From Candidatus Planktophila sp. (GTDB lineage: Bacteria > Actinomycetota > Actinomycetes > Nanopelagicales > Nanopelagicaceae), in contig CAXNJS010000001.1 in NCBI GenBank assembly GCA_964202795.1, positions 1 to 63,968 of the forward strand: a stretch of 63,968 nt of DNA, given 5' to 3'. The notes beneath the pieces are model-generated. The model searched no databases, was not told the DNA's origin, and saw only the letters and a list, made by a program, of their open reading frames with translations. Numbering within the stretch: the stretch's first letter is position 1; the number at the start of each line of letters is the position of its first letter. Position numbers and translations under genes: made by a program. Below are positions 27,596 through 38,400 of the stretch, piece by piece.

Positions 27596-28258
27596 ATGGA
27601 TAGTTTCTTTACTAATCGCCATGGTGGTTTTAGCCATGGCGATTACTCTTCCTGGAACTTAGCTAGTCATGTAGGCGATGACCCAGCAGATGTTGAACGA
27701 AATCGAGATAAGTTACGTGAGCGAGTTGGTGAATTCGCAGTCATGTCACAAGTTCACGGTGACACAGTTGTTGTGCTCGACCAATTACCGCTGCAAGTTC
27801 CAGTCGCGGATGCGTTGATTACTGGAAAGCCAGATTTAGCTTTAGTTGTAATGGTGGCAGATTGCATCCCGCTTCTCTTGCGTAGTGAAAAACTAATTGC
27901 AGCAGTACATGTTGGTAGAGCAGGGCTAATGAATTCAATTGCGTTAAAGACAGTAACTAAGATGCGCGCTCTTGGCGCAATGCAAATTTCGGGCTCTATT
28001 GGGCCAGCAATTTGCGGTAACTGCTATGAAGTCCCGCAAGAATTACATGATCAAGTCACTGCAGCGCACCCGTTGGCAAGTAGCAAAACCAGAATCGGTA
28101 CGCCAGCGCTAGATTTACCAAAAGCCCTAATTGCCGCTCTTGCAGTAGTCGATGTGCCAGTCGAAATTTCAGCCGGTTGCACACTAGAAGATTATGATTC
28201 TTTCTCATATCGCAGAAATCAAGTTACTGGTCGCCAGGCAGGAGTCATTAAATTATGA
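27596..28258 (+). CDS. pgeF: PgeF/YfiH polyphenol-oxidase-like peptidoglycan editing factor
   Basis: NLASHVGD, QVHG, ADC-P, GPAICGNCYEV and SYRR motifs. Confidence 0.9.
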   Translation: MDSFFTNRHGGFSHGDYSSWNLASHVGDDPADVERNRDKLRERVGEFAVMSQVHGDTVVVLDQLPLQVPVADALITGKPDLALVVMVADCIPLLLRSEKLIAAVHVGRAGLMNSIALKTVTKMRALGAMQISGSIGPAICGNCYEVPQELHDQVTAAHPLASSKTRIGTPALDLPKALIAALAVVDVPVEISAGCTLEDYDSFSYRRNQVTGRQAGVIKL

Positions 28259-28926
28259 GTGATCGCAAAGCTGAAATGGCTCGCAATCTGCAAGAGGTTA
28301 AAGAGCGGATTATTGGTGCCGCTAAGTCTGTTAATAGAGATCCGAATGAGATTAAATTGATTGTGGTGACCAAGACTTTTCCAATTTCTGATATCGAGAT
28401 TCTGCGCGAATTGGGTGAATCGAATTTTGGTGAGAATCGAGATCAAGAGGCCGGGCCCAAAGTTCAAATGATCCCTGCTACCTGGCATTTTCAAGGCCAG
28501 ATTCAGAGCAATAAAATTAGATCTATCTGCCAGTGGGCTGATGTAATTCATTCGATTTCTAGCGAAAAAGAAATCCTGAAATTCGCTCAAAGCCCGCGTA
28601 AACATCAAGTCTTTTTGCAAGTTTCCTTAGATGGGCAAGAAGGTCGTGGGGGAGCCAGTCCGGCAGGGTTAGCTCAATTAGCTGGTCTGGTAAATGAGAG
28701 CAATAACCTAGAACTTTTGGGGCTGATGGCAGTTGCGCCATTAGGAGTAGAGCCGATGAAAGCATTTGCTGATTTGGCCCAGATAAATCAAGGGTTTGCG
28801 GGCCAATTCCCAAACTCGAAATATCTATCTGCTGGCATGAGTGGCGATTTCGAAGCGGCTATCAAGTACGGTGCGACACATATTCGAGTAGGTAGTTCAA
28901 TCCTCGGTTCCAGATCACCCCACTAG
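28255..28926 (+). CDS. yggS: PLP homeostasis protein YggS
   Basis: VVTKT, FGENRDQE, WHFQGQIQSNK, SAGMSGD and RVGS motifs. Confidence 0.93.
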   Translation: MSDRKAEMARNLQEVKERIIGAAKSVNRDPNEIKLIVVTKTFPISDIEILRELGESNFGENRDQEAGPKVQMIPATWHFQGQIQSNKIRSICQWADVIHSISSEKEILKFAQSPRKHQVFLQVSLDGQEGRGGASPAGLAQLAGLVNESNNLELLGLMAVAPLGVEPMKAFADLAQINQGFAGQFPNSKYLSAGMSGDFEAAIKYGATHIRVGSSILGSRSPH

Positions 28927-28938
28927 TAACCTTGTCAC

Positions 28939-29388
28939 ATGGCATTTTCAGTAGGCAAAATGGCGACCTTCTTAGGTCTAAAAGATGATCCAGAACTAAA
29001 TGAAGTTGCAGTTGTACGGGAACCAGTGCGCGTTCCTACCGGGGTATCTATTCGAGAATCTCGCGGCGTGCGACCAGTAGCTGTAGCTTTGCAACCTGAA
29101 CTTTCGACAATGGATCGCATTGTTACTTTGCACCCGCGCACCTATAGTGAAGCACGAACAGTGGGCGAGCAGTATCGCGAAGGTAATCCAGTAATCATGA
29201 ATCTCAGTGACATGGAAGAGACCGAGCGCAAGCGTTTAGTTGACTTCGCTAGTGGCTTAGTTTTTGGACTACACGGAAGCATCGAACGCGTTACTTCGAA
29301 AGTATTTTTGCTCTCACCTGAGAATGTAAGCGTCAGCAATGATGCAAAAACGGCAGCAGCACAAGCGTCCTTTTATAATCAGAGCTGA
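28939..29388 (+). CDS. sepF: Cell division protein SepF
   Basis: PVIMNL and KRLVDFASGL...VFLLSP motifs. Confidence 0.93.
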   Translation: MAFSVGKMATFLGLKDDPELNEVAVVREPVRVPTGVSIRESRGVRPVAVALQPELSTMDRIVTLHPRTYSEARTVGEQYREGNPVIMNLSDMEETERKRLVDFASGLVFGLHGSIERVTSKVFLLSPENVSVSNDAKTAAAQASFYNQS

Positions 29389-29395
29389 GTCTTAG

Positions 29396-29680
29396 ATGTT
29401 TAGTATTGGCGGTTTGATCGCCGATTTATTGCAACTATTTTTACTCTGTTTATTCCTGCGCCTAATTTTGGATTATGTCCGTATGGCCAAGGCTTCATGG
29501 CGACCGAGCGGCATCATCTTGATTGTGGCAGATTTTATTTATGCGGTAACTGATAAACCACTTCGATTTGTGCGTCGCTTTGTGAAGCCACTTCGAATCG
29601 GCGGAATCAGCATCGATCTTTCAATGTTGATTCTCTTCATTTTAATTTCGCGAGTTGCCCCGCTTCTGCGCTCGCTTTAA
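29396..29680 (+). CDS. yggT: YggT family membrane protein
   Basis: TDKPLRFVRRFVKPLRIGGISIDLS motif. Confidence 0.9.
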   Translation: MFSIGGLIADLLQLFLLCLFLRLILDYVRMAKASWRPSGIILIVADFIYAVTDKPLRFVRRFVKPLRIGGISIDLSMLILFILISRVAPLLRSL

Positions 29681-32600
29681 TTAAGCCTGTTTAACTAACT
29701 TAACTGTTAAGCCAAGTTCGTTTTCACCCAGATTAAGCGCGTTATCTGCCTGCATTTGGGTTGCCAGTACTTCGCCTTGGATATGCGACAAGTCAGAAGC
29801 GATAGCAGTCATCACATCGCTATTGGCGTTGTATGAGATGTTAACTCGATCTGAAATATCAAAGCCATTGGTTTTGCGAGCATCTTGAATAAAGCGAACA
29901 ACTTCACGCACCAGTCCAGCACTAATTAGTGCCGGGCTTAGCGCAAGATCAAGAGCAACACTCTCACCATCATGGCTGGCCACATTCCAACCACTCTTAG
30001 GGGTCTCAGTAACAACTAAGTCATCGAGTGAAATTTCCCATTCGCTAACTTGGGTTGAACTATTTGAACGTAAAGTGGCAACTAACTCAGCCGGGTTCTG
30101 AACTGAAATTGCTTTAGCAATCTCTTGGACCGCTCCACCAAATTTCGTGCCTAGAGTGCGGAAGTTTGCTTTGATGGAGATATCAACTAATTCGCCATCA
30201 GCGCTAGCGATATCTTCTAGATCAATCACATTTAACTCTTCCGCAATCTGCTCTTTCATGGCAGCTGGTAGCGCTGCCCAGCCTTTAGCTGAAATCAAAG
30301 CACGCTGCAGCGGTTGACGAATCTTGACCCCACTTTCGGCCCGAGCTGCTCGGCCTAGTTCGACGATGCGTTTAGTTAACGCAACTTGGGCAGAAAGGGT
30401 TGCATCAATCTGGGATCGATTAGCAACTGGGAAATTAGTTAAGTGAACTGAGCTAGTTGCATTTGCATCCACTGGACGAACTAGTACTTGCCAAACTTCC
30501 TCAGTGATAAATGGCACCATTGGCGACATTAATTGGGTTAGAACAACCAGTGACTCATGCAAAGTTGCCATGGCCGCAACATCACCATCCCAGAACCGGC
30601 GCCGGGATCGCCGGACGTACCAATTAGAGAGATCATCGATGAAAGCCGCCAGCGCTTTGCCTGCACGTTGTGAATCGAAATTACTAAGTGCCTCATCAAC
30701 TTCAATGATTAAAGATTGCAATTCGCTGTTGATCCAGCGATCCATCAATGGTCGCGTAGACATTTCCGGCGCTTGCGCTAGCTCAAAGTTTGCAGCTTGG
30801 GCATATAGGGCGTGGAAAGAAACGGTATTCCAGTAGGTTAATAGCGTTTTACGAATAACTTCAGTAATTGCTTCGTGCCCAACTCGACGAGCAGACCAAG
30901 GCGAACCAGCTGCCAACATGTACCAACGAATGGCATCGGCGCCATGTTGTTCCATGAGCGCCATTGGTTCTAGAACGTTACCTAGGTGCTTACTCATTTT
31001 GCGGCCATCTTTATCAAGGATGTGACCCAAGCAGAGAACAGTCTTATATGAAGATTGATCGAAAACTAGGGTTCCAATCGTCATCAGCGTGTAGAACCAG
31101 CCGCGAGTTTGATCAATTGCTTCGCAGATAAAGTCAGCTGGGTAGGCGGCGGCAAATTTCTCTTTGGAACCTTCTTTATGTGGGTAACCGAATTGCGCAA
31201 AAGGCATCGCACCAGAGTCATACCAACAGTCGATAACTTCAGGGGTGCGCGTCATTGGTTCTTTGCACTCTGCGCAATTAAAGGAAATGTCATCAACAAA
31301 TGGACGATGGGGATCAAGGTTGGAAAGTTCTTGCCCAGCTAGTTGGCCGAGTTCGGCTAATGAACCAACACAAACCTCATGTTTATTCTCGCAGCGCCAA
31401 ATTGGAAGTGGCGTACCCCAGAAACGATTACGACTCAGTGCCCAGTCAATATTATTATTTAACCAATCACCATATCTGCCGGTCTTGATTGTTTCTGGAT
31501 GCCAATCAGTCTTTTCATTCTCACGAATGAGGGCGTCCTTGATAGACGTCGTGCGGATATACCAAGAAGGTTGTGCGTAATAAATCAAAGCAGTGTGACA
31601 GCGCCAGCAATGTGGGTAGGAGTGCTCGTATTGCACGTGCTTATAGAGAACACCAAGTGATTTGAGTTCTTTAACTAACGGCTTATCCGCATCTTTAAAG
31701 AAGAGGCCGCCGACTAATTTAACTTCAGGCAAAAACTTGCCATCAGGTGCAATTGGATTAACAACTGGTAGCCCATATGAGCGACAGACCGCTAAGTCAT
31801 CAGCACCAAATGCAGGGGATTGATGGACTAAACCCGTGCCATCTTCAGTTGTTACGTAGGTTGCTAGAACTACGAAGTGGGAATCTGGAATTTCTACAAA
31901 ATCAAATGGGCGTTGGTACTTAGTATGTTCAAGTGCGCTGCCTGGCATACTCTGCAAGATTTCAATTTCGCCCTTGAGGGATGAAATTAGATTCTCGGCA
32001 ACGATTAAGACTTCGCTGCTAGAAACTTCATCTTGCACAGTTGTCACCTTTGCAACAACGTATGTCACGTCAGGATGCACCGCAATTGCAGTATTAGAGA
32101 CCAGGGTCCAAGGGGTAGTTGTCCAAACTAATAGCGCTGCACCTAGTTCTTGCAAGGGACCGCTAGTTACTGGGAAACGCACGAATACCGATGGATCAGT
32201 AACAGTTTCATAACCTTGCGCTAACTCGTGATCTGATAAACCAGTTCCACAACGAGGGCAATAAGGTGCAACGCGATGATCTTGTACTAGTAACCCTTTT
32301 TGCCAAATCTCTTTTAAGCTCCACCAAACGCTCTCGACATATTGTGGTGACATAGTCCAATAAGCTTCTTCGAAATCAACCCAGAAACCCATGCGATTAG
32401 TCATGTCAGTAAATGCGCCCACGTGACGTTGCACCGATTCGCGACACTTGTCGTTAAAGGCGGCAATTCCGAATTTTTCAATATCGCCTTTACCGGCAAA
32501 ACCAAGTTCTTTTTCTACTGCAATTTCAACCGGCAAGCCATGGCAATCCCAACCAGCATTACGAATTACTTGCTTGCCTTTCATGGTGTGAAAACGTGGG

Positions 32601-32806
32601 AAGACATCTTTAAATACGCGGGCTTCAATATGGTGCGTGCCAGGTAAGCCATTGGCAGTTGGGGGGCCTTCATAGAAAGTCCAAGTGTCAGCGCCATCTC
32701 GATTGCTAACTGACTTTTCGAAAACTGAATTTTCTTTCCAGAAAGTCAGGATGGAACGCTCCATGGCAGGCAGATCAATAGCTGCTGGGATTGCGCGAAA
32801 TGTCAT
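29681..32806 (-). CDS. ileS: Isoleucyl-tRNA synthetase (type 2)
   Basis: EGPPTANGLPGTHH, GWDCHGLP, WTTTPWT, DQTRGWF and KMSKH motifs; type-2 C-terminus. Confidence 0.96.
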   Translation of the reverse strand: MTFRAIPAAIDLPAMERSILTFWKENSVFEKSVSNRDGADTWTFYEGPPTANGLPGTHHIEARVFKDVFPRFHTMKGKQVIRNAGWDCHGLPVEIAVEKELGFAGKGDIEKFGIAAFNDKCRESVQRHVGAFTDMTNRMGFWVDFEEAYWTMSPQYVESVWWSLKEIWQKGLLVQDHRVAPYCPRCGTGLSDHELAQGYETVTDPSVFVRFPVTSGPLQELGAALLVWTTTPWTLVSNTAIAVHPDVTYVVAKVTTVQDEVSSSEVLIVAENLISSLKGEIEILQSMPGSALEHTKYQRPFDFVEIPDSHFVVLATYVTTEDGTGLVHQSPAFGADDLAVCRSYGLPVVNPIAPDGKFLPEVKLVGGLFFKDADKPLVKELKSLGVLYKHVQYEHSYPHCWRCHTALIYYAQPSWYIRTTSIKDALIRENEKTDWHPETIKTGRYGDWLNNNIDWALSRNRFWGTPLPIWRCENKHEVCVGSLAELGQLAGQELSNLDPHRPFVDDISFNCAECKEPMTRTPEVIDCWYDSGAMPFAQFGYPHKEGSKEKFAAAYPADFICEAIDQTRGWFYTLMTIGTLVFDQSSYKTVLCLGHILDKDGRKMSKHLGNVLEPMALMEQHGADAIRWYMLAAGSPWSARRVGHEAITEVIRKTLLTYWNTVSFHALYAQAANFELAQAPEMSTRPLMDRWINSELQSLIIEVDEALSNFDSQRAGKALAAFIDDLSNWYVRRSRRRFWDGDVAAMATLHESLVVLTQLMSPMVPFITEEVWQVLVRPVDANATSSVHLTNFPVANRSQIDATLSAQVALTKRIVELGRAARAESGVKIRQPLQRALISAKGWAALPAAMKEQIAEELNVIDLEDIASADGELVDISIKANFRTLGTKFGGAVQEIAKAISVQNPAELVATLRSNSSTQVSEWEISLDDLVVTETPKSGWNVASHDGESVALDLALSPALISAGLVREVVRFIQDARKTNGFDISDRVNISYNANSDVMTAIASDLSHIQGEVLATQMQADNALNLGENELGLTVKLVKQA

Positions 32807-33020
32807 TTACTTCTCCATCTTCATAACTTTCGAAAATGGAGGGACGGATTTCGCAACTTAGCGATCACCGCGGTACCACCCGCCTTACCTACCACTTAAC
32901 CGCAAACAGTCAGAGAAGCGATAGATCACTTATTCACTAGCGTCCATTTTCCAGTTCTACCGCGGCAGCTGCCGCCTCTTCTGGAACGCTCGCAGGTGAT
33001 GGCCTGGTCAATGCGCTTTG
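32807..33020 (-). ncRNA. Translational T-box riboswitch (Ile specifier)
   Basis: Minus strand: short stem I GACCAGGCC-AUC-ACC (specifier at 32998-33000), T-box GGCGGGTGGTACCGCG (32869-32884), CGTCCC, and a CTCCATTTTC/GAAGATGGAG SD-sequestering hairpin. Confidence 0.9.
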
Positions 33021-33134
33021 AACGTGTGGTAATTCTATTCCAAGCAAAGGCCGGCAACCAAAAATTGCCTCACTTTGAATGAGTCGCGGTGGCGCGAGTG
33101 GCATTTCGCGCCCATTGGGCATAAGGTGCCCCGC

Positions 33135-33956
33135 GTGCCTACCAAAAAAAGTGCTAAACCCGCTGCGAAGAAAGCCCCTGCCAAAAAGGCAGCCCCAGCG
33201 AAGAAAGCAGTAGCAAAGAAGGCTCCTGCCAAGAAAGCCGTAGCTAAAAAGGCGGCGCCGGCTAAGAAAGCAGCTCCAGTTAAAAAAGCTGCGCCAGTTA
33301 AAAAGGCCAAGACCAGTGTTGCCCGCCCAGCTGCAACTAAGCCAGCTTCGAGCAAAACAATCGGCAAACCATTTCCGGCTAAAGCAGGTTCTAAAACCAC
33401 GATTAGCGTTGATGAAAAATCACAAACTGTCAGTGTTAATACGGTTGTAATCGCACCAGTTGAAGTTGTAGTTGAAGAACGCCGCCTAGTAATGCCACCA
33501 CCACCGCGTCCTAATAAGAGTAGTAAAAAGGTGGCACCCCTTAAGCCATTGAAAGCTGCGCCATCACCATTGGTCGCTGCTGAAAATGAAGGAGCCTGGA
33601 CTGCTGCTGGACTTAAAGCTATTCGAGCTGAGATTTCCAAAGAGCTGCTTCGCTTGAAAGATGAATTAACAAAAGTTGAACTTGAGATGGATGATCTGAT
33701 TCATTCATCATCTGAAGGTGCTGGCGATGACCAGGCCGATGCAGGTACTAAGACTTTTGAGCGCGAGCATGAAATGTCACTTGTTATTAACGCGCGTGAC
33801 ATGGTGCTACAAACAGAACGTGCTCTCGAGCGAATTGATACCAAGAGTTATGGTCTTTGCGAAGAATGTGGCAACACAATTGGTAAAGCCCGCTTACAAG
33901 TTTTCCCACGCGCAACGCTCTGCATGATCTGCAAAGCTAAGGAAGAACGGCGCTAA
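33135..33956 (+). CDS. DksA/TraR C4-zinc-finger protein with N-terminal histone-H1-like PAKK repeats (DdbA-like)
   Basis: PAKKA repeats; DQADAG coiled-coil tip; CEEC...CMIC zinc finger; GTG start 7 nt after TAAGGT. Confidence 0.88.
   Translation: MPTKKSAKPAAKKAPAKKAAPAKKAVAKKAPAKKAVAKKAAPAKKAAPVKKAAPVKKAKTSVARPAATKPASSKTIGKPFPAKAGSKTTISVDEKSQTVSVNTVVIAPVEVVVEERRLVMPPPPRPNKSSKKVAPLKPLKAAPSPLVAAENEGAWTAAGLKAIRAEISKELLRLKDELTKVELEMDDLIHSSSEGAGDDQADAGTKTFEREHEMSLVINARDMVLQTERALERIDTKSYGLCEECGNTIGKARLQVFPRATLCMICKAKEERR
33153..33310 (+). repeat. Coding low-complexity (P/V)AKKA repeats
   Basis: About nine degenerate 15-18-nt repeats encoding KKAPAKKAAPAKKAVAKK... Confidence 0.85.
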
Positions 33957-33957
33957 C

Positions 33958-34425
33958 GTGCGCCGCCTCTATTTAGTTGCGGCACTGACATGGGGGCTGG
34001 ACATTGCCACCAAGATTTGGGCAGTCAATAATCTCTCCGCACGTAATCCAGTTGAACTCCTTGGCTCCTTTTTCCAATTAACTTTGGTAAGAAACCCTGG
34101 GGCAGCCTTTAGTTTTGCAACTGGGGCGACAATTGTCTTCACTTGCATTGCCGTCGCGGCAGTCATCGCAATCCTTTATTACAGCAGTAAAATAACCTCG
34201 TTAGGCTGGGCAATTACCCTTGGTTTACTCCTGGGTGGCGTTCTGGGCAATTTAACTGATCGATTATTTCGAAGCCCAGGCTTTCTAAAAGGCGAAGTAA
34301 TTGATTGGCTCGAATTAACCCATTGGCCAGTGTTTAATTTGGCTGATAGCGCGATCGTAGTTGCTGCGTTCCTAGCAATAGTTTTAACAATTAGAAATGT
34401 TGGGCCAGTAAATGTCGCACAGTAA
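33958..34425 (+). CDS. lspA: Lipoprotein signal peptidase II
   Basis: NPGAAFS, GNLTDR, VIDW and FNLAD motifs. Confidence 0.95.
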   Translation: MRRLYLVAALTWGLDIATKIWAVNNLSARNPVELLGSFFQLTLVRNPGAAFSFATGATIVFTCIAVAAVIAILYYSSKITSLGWAITLGLLLGGVLGNLTDRLFRSPGFLKGEVIDWLELTHWPVFNLADSAIVVAAFLAIVLTIRNVGPVNVAQ

Positions 34426-35380
34426 TTTTGGTCTGGAAAACAATGGACGTGAATTGCGGACTTTGGCTGTTCCTGAAGGCGTAGCTGGTGAACGAATCGA
34501 TAGTGCGTTAACTCGCGTCTTGGGTCTATCTCGTACTGCAGTTGTGCGACTTCTAGAAGATGGTGACATCACTACCGATGGTCGAGCCCTTTTAAAATCA
34601 GAACGAGTTGAGGCTGGGCAAATAATTGAAGTGCTATTGCCGGCACCACTAAATCCGGATCCAATTCCGTTGACTCCAATTGAAGGTTTAACGGTTGTTT
34701 ACGACGATGATGCAATTGTGGTTATTGATAAACCAGTTGGGTGCGCTGCGCATCCTAGCCCTGGCTGGACTGGGCCAACTGTGGTTGGTGCGCTAACTGC
34801 GGCTGGTTACACGATTACTACAACTGGGCCGGCAGAACGTGCCGGCATTGTTCATCGTCTGGATGTTGGAACGTCAGGGCTAATGGTGGTGGCAAAATCT
34901 GATCAGGCGTATCACGTATTAAAGGACGCGTTCCGTGATCGCACTGTTGAAAAGATTTATCATGCTCTTATTCAAGGACATATTGATCCTTCCAGTGGCA
35001 CCATTGATGCCCCGATTGATCGTCACCCAAAAGAAGATCATCGATTTGGCGTAGTTGCAAATGGCAAGATCAGCATTACTCACTATGAAGTTATTGAATA
35101 TTATCGATCGGTTTCACTAGTTCAAGTAGAACTCGAGACTGGTCGCACGCACCAGATTCGAGTTCACTTCTCAGCGCTTCATCATCCGTTAGTTGGCGAT
35201 ACAACTTACGGCGCAGACCCAGTATTAGCCAAAAGCTTAGGCATGGCGCGACCTTGGCTACATGCGTTAGAACTACGATTTGCCCACCCGATTACTGGGG
35301 CACCAATGTCGTTTAAGGCACCTTATCCAAGTGACCTGCAAGCATCATTGGGGCTGCTCAGCGACGCGGTTCTTCCATAA
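34412..35380 (+). CDS. rluD: RluA/RluD family pseudouridine synthase with S4 domain
   Basis: GIVHRLDVGTSG, LETGRTHQIRVH and LHA motifs. Confidence 0.9.
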   Translation: MSHSNFGLENNGRELRTLAVPEGVAGERIDSALTRVLGLSRTAVVRLLEDGDITTDGRALLKSERVEAGQIIEVLLPAPLNPDPIPLTPIEGLTVVYDDDAIVVIDKPVGCAAHPSPGWTGPTVVGALTAAGYTITTTGPAERAGIVHRLDVGTSGLMVVAKSDQAYHVLKDAFRDRTVEKIYHALIQGHIDPSSGTIDAPIDRHPKEDHRFGVVANGKISITHYEVIEYYRSVSLVQVELETGRTHQIRVHFSALHHPLVGDTTYGADPVLAKSLGMARPWLHALELRFAHPITGAPMSFKAPYPSDLQASLGLLSDAVLP

Positions 35381-35413
35381 TTATCGGCTCCCAGAAAGTA
35401 GATCTCTAGCTAA

Positions 35414-38400
35414 ATGTCTGACTCATTCGTTCACTTACACGTACACACCGAGTACTCGATGCTCGATGGTGCGGCGCGCGTTGGCGAATTAGTTCAAGCA
35501 GCAGCCCAGCTAGAAATGCCAGCAATTGCAATGACCGATCATGGAAATGTTTTCGGCGCTTTCGATTTTTATAAGCAAGCAACTAAAGCCGGCATTAAGC
35601 CAATCATCGGAATTGAAGCCTACGTGGCACCTGAATCTAGATTCAATAAGAGTCGGGTTAAGTGGGCCGATGGTGGCGAAGATGATGTTTCAGGTGGTGG
35701 CTCATATACGCACATGACCATGCTGGCTGAAAATAACGTTGGGCTAGCAAATCTTTTCCGGTTATCTTCGCTGGCATCACTTGAGGGTTTTTATTACAAA
35801 CCACGGATGGATCGTGAGCTACTTTCTAAATATGCTGAAGGAATTATTGCAACCACTGGTTGCCCGGGTGGCGAGATTCAAACTCGGTTACGTATGGGTG
35901 CTTACAAAGAGGCGCTACGTGCTGCCAGTGATTATCGCGATATTTTTGGCGCCAATAACTTCTACCTCGAATTAATGGATCATGGAATTGAAATTGAAAC
36001 TCGAGTTAAAGCCGATCTTTTGAAGTTAGCTAAAGATCTAAAGTTGCCGCTACTAGCAACTAACGATCTGCACTACACCGCTAAAGCTGATGCCAAATCA
36101 CACGAAGCGCTGCTCTGCGTGCAATCAGGTTCAACACTGGCTGATCCAAAACGCTTTAAGTTTGATAACGATGAATTTTATTTAAAGACCCCAGCTGAGA
36201 TGCGCGAACTCTTCAAAGAGTTGCCCGAAGCCTGCGATAACACTTTGCTGATCGCCTCACGTTGTGATGTTAAATTGCGGGAGAACGAAAATTTGATGCC
36301 AGTCTTCCCAGTTCCGGCTGGAGAAACTGAAGTGACTTGGCTGATAAAAGAGTCCCAAGCTGGTTTATTGCGTCGGCTAAATGGCGATGTGCCTGCTGCG
36401 TATTCCGAACGTTTAAATTATGAACTTGAAGTTATGAACAAAATGGGTTTTCCAGGCTACTTCTTAGTGGTTGCCGACTTAGTTTCACATGCGCAAAGCC
36501 AAGGAATTCGAGTGGGCCCTGGTCGCGGTTCAGCGGCTGGCTCATTAGTTGCATATGCCTTAGGAATTACCGGGCTTGACCCAATTGAACATGGTCTGTT
36601 GTTTGAGCGATTCCTAAATCCAGAACGTATCTCAATGCCTGATATCGATCTGGACTTCGATGAACGTCGTCGCAGCGAGATGATTCGTTATGCCACAACT
36701 AAATACGGCGAAGATCGCGTTGCCCAGATCATCACTTACGGCACCATCAAGTCGAAGCAGGCAATTAAAGATTCAACCCGAGTCCTTGGTTATCCGTATG
36801 CAATCGGTGAGCGGTTAACTAAAGCTCTGCCGCCTGCTGTGATGGGTAAAGATATTTCATTAGGCGGCATCTTTAATCCGCAAGATGAACGCTATGGCGA
36901 GGCTAATGAATTTCGTCAACTTTATGAAACTGATCCAGATAGCAAAGTGGTAGTTGATACTGCTCGTGGCCTGGAAGGGCTCAAGCGACAGTGGGGAGTC
37001 CACGCAGCAGGTGTGATTCTTTCAGCCCAACCGTTACTTGATGTGATTCCAATTCATCGCCGCGAAGCTGATGGCGCAATCATCACGCAATTCGATATGG
37101 GCGCTTGCGAAGCCACTGGTTTGTTAAAGATGGACTTCTTAGGACTACGAAACCTTTCCGTCCTTGATGACTGCTTACTAAACATAAAAGCTAACCGAGG
37201 CGAAGAAGTTGTACTGGAAACTTTAAAACTCGATGATAAGAAAACCTATGAATTACTTTCCCGTGGAGACACTCTGGGTGTGTTTCAACTCGATGGTGGG
37301 CCAATGCGCGCACTACTTAAGAGTTTGGCGCCAGATTCATTTGCCGATATTTCAGCAGTAATTGCGTTATATCGCCCTGGCCCAATGGGTGAAAACGCGC
37401 ATAACAACTACGCCGACCGTAAAAATAAACGTAAGCCGGTTGAGCCAATTCATGCTGAACTGGAAAAACCACTCGAAGAAATTCTGGGTGATACCTATGG
37501 GCTAATTGTTTATCAAGAACAGGTTATGGCAATAGCCCAGAAAGTTGCAGGGTTCTCACTTGGTCGCGCGGATCTTTTGCGTAAGGCAATGGGTAAGAAA
37601 AATCGTGACGTGCTAGATAAAGAGTATGTTCACTTCGAAAGTGGCATGCGTGGAAACGGCTTCTCAGCGCCAGCAATTAAGCGTCTTTGGGATGTTCTGA
37701 TTCCGTTCTCAGATTACGCATTCAACCGAGCGCATAGTGCAGGCTATGGCATGGTCTCGTATTGGACCGGATATCTAAAGGCTAATTATCCAGCCGAATA
37801 TATGGCAGCACTTTTAACGAGTGTTCGTGACGACAAAGATAAATCGGCGCTTTATCTATCGGAATGCCGCCGCATGGGCAGCAAAGTCTTGCCGCCAGAT
37901 GTTAATGAATCTGACGCCGAGTACACCCCGCGCGGAATCGATATCCGTTTCGGTCTAGCTGCTATTCGCAATGTTGGTGAAGGTGTGGTTGCTTCCATTA
38001 AGGCAGCGCGTGAAGCTAAAGGTCGCTTCACTTCATTCGGTGATTTCTTAGCCAAAGTTGATGCCCAAGTTTGCAACAAGAAGACCATTGAATCTTTAAT
38101 TAAAGCTGGCGCTTTTGACTCACTGGGCGAATCTCGTAAAGGTTTGATGAGCATTCATCTTGAAGCCATTGACTCAGTAATTGAAAGTAAGCGCGCTGAA
38201 GCTATTGGCCAATTCGATCTATTCGGTGGCGAGGGCACAACTGCAGTTGCCACCATGGAAGTAGAAGTGCCAACTGGTGAATGGGAAAAAGCGCTGCTCT
38301 TGAGCTACGAGCGCGAAATGTTAGGACTATACGTTTCCGATCATCCACTTCTTGGCGTTGAACATATTCTGCGAGCCAGCGTTTCCAAATCAATTTCCGA

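Noticed and set aside
27032-27637. 201-aa antisense ORF over ftsZ, and the many other 60-150-aa antisense or alternate-frame ORFs
   Set aside because: Shadow ORFs inside well-supported genes, with no recognisable motifs or RBS.
33153-33310. Tandem repeats as a possible CRISPR or VNTR
   Set aside because: Degenerate in-frame coding repeats without unique spacers; no cas genes.
33035-33640. 201-aa antisense ORF rich in AAFLAG repeats
   Set aside because: Mirror of the PAKK repeat coding strand of the dksA-like gene; no independent evidence.
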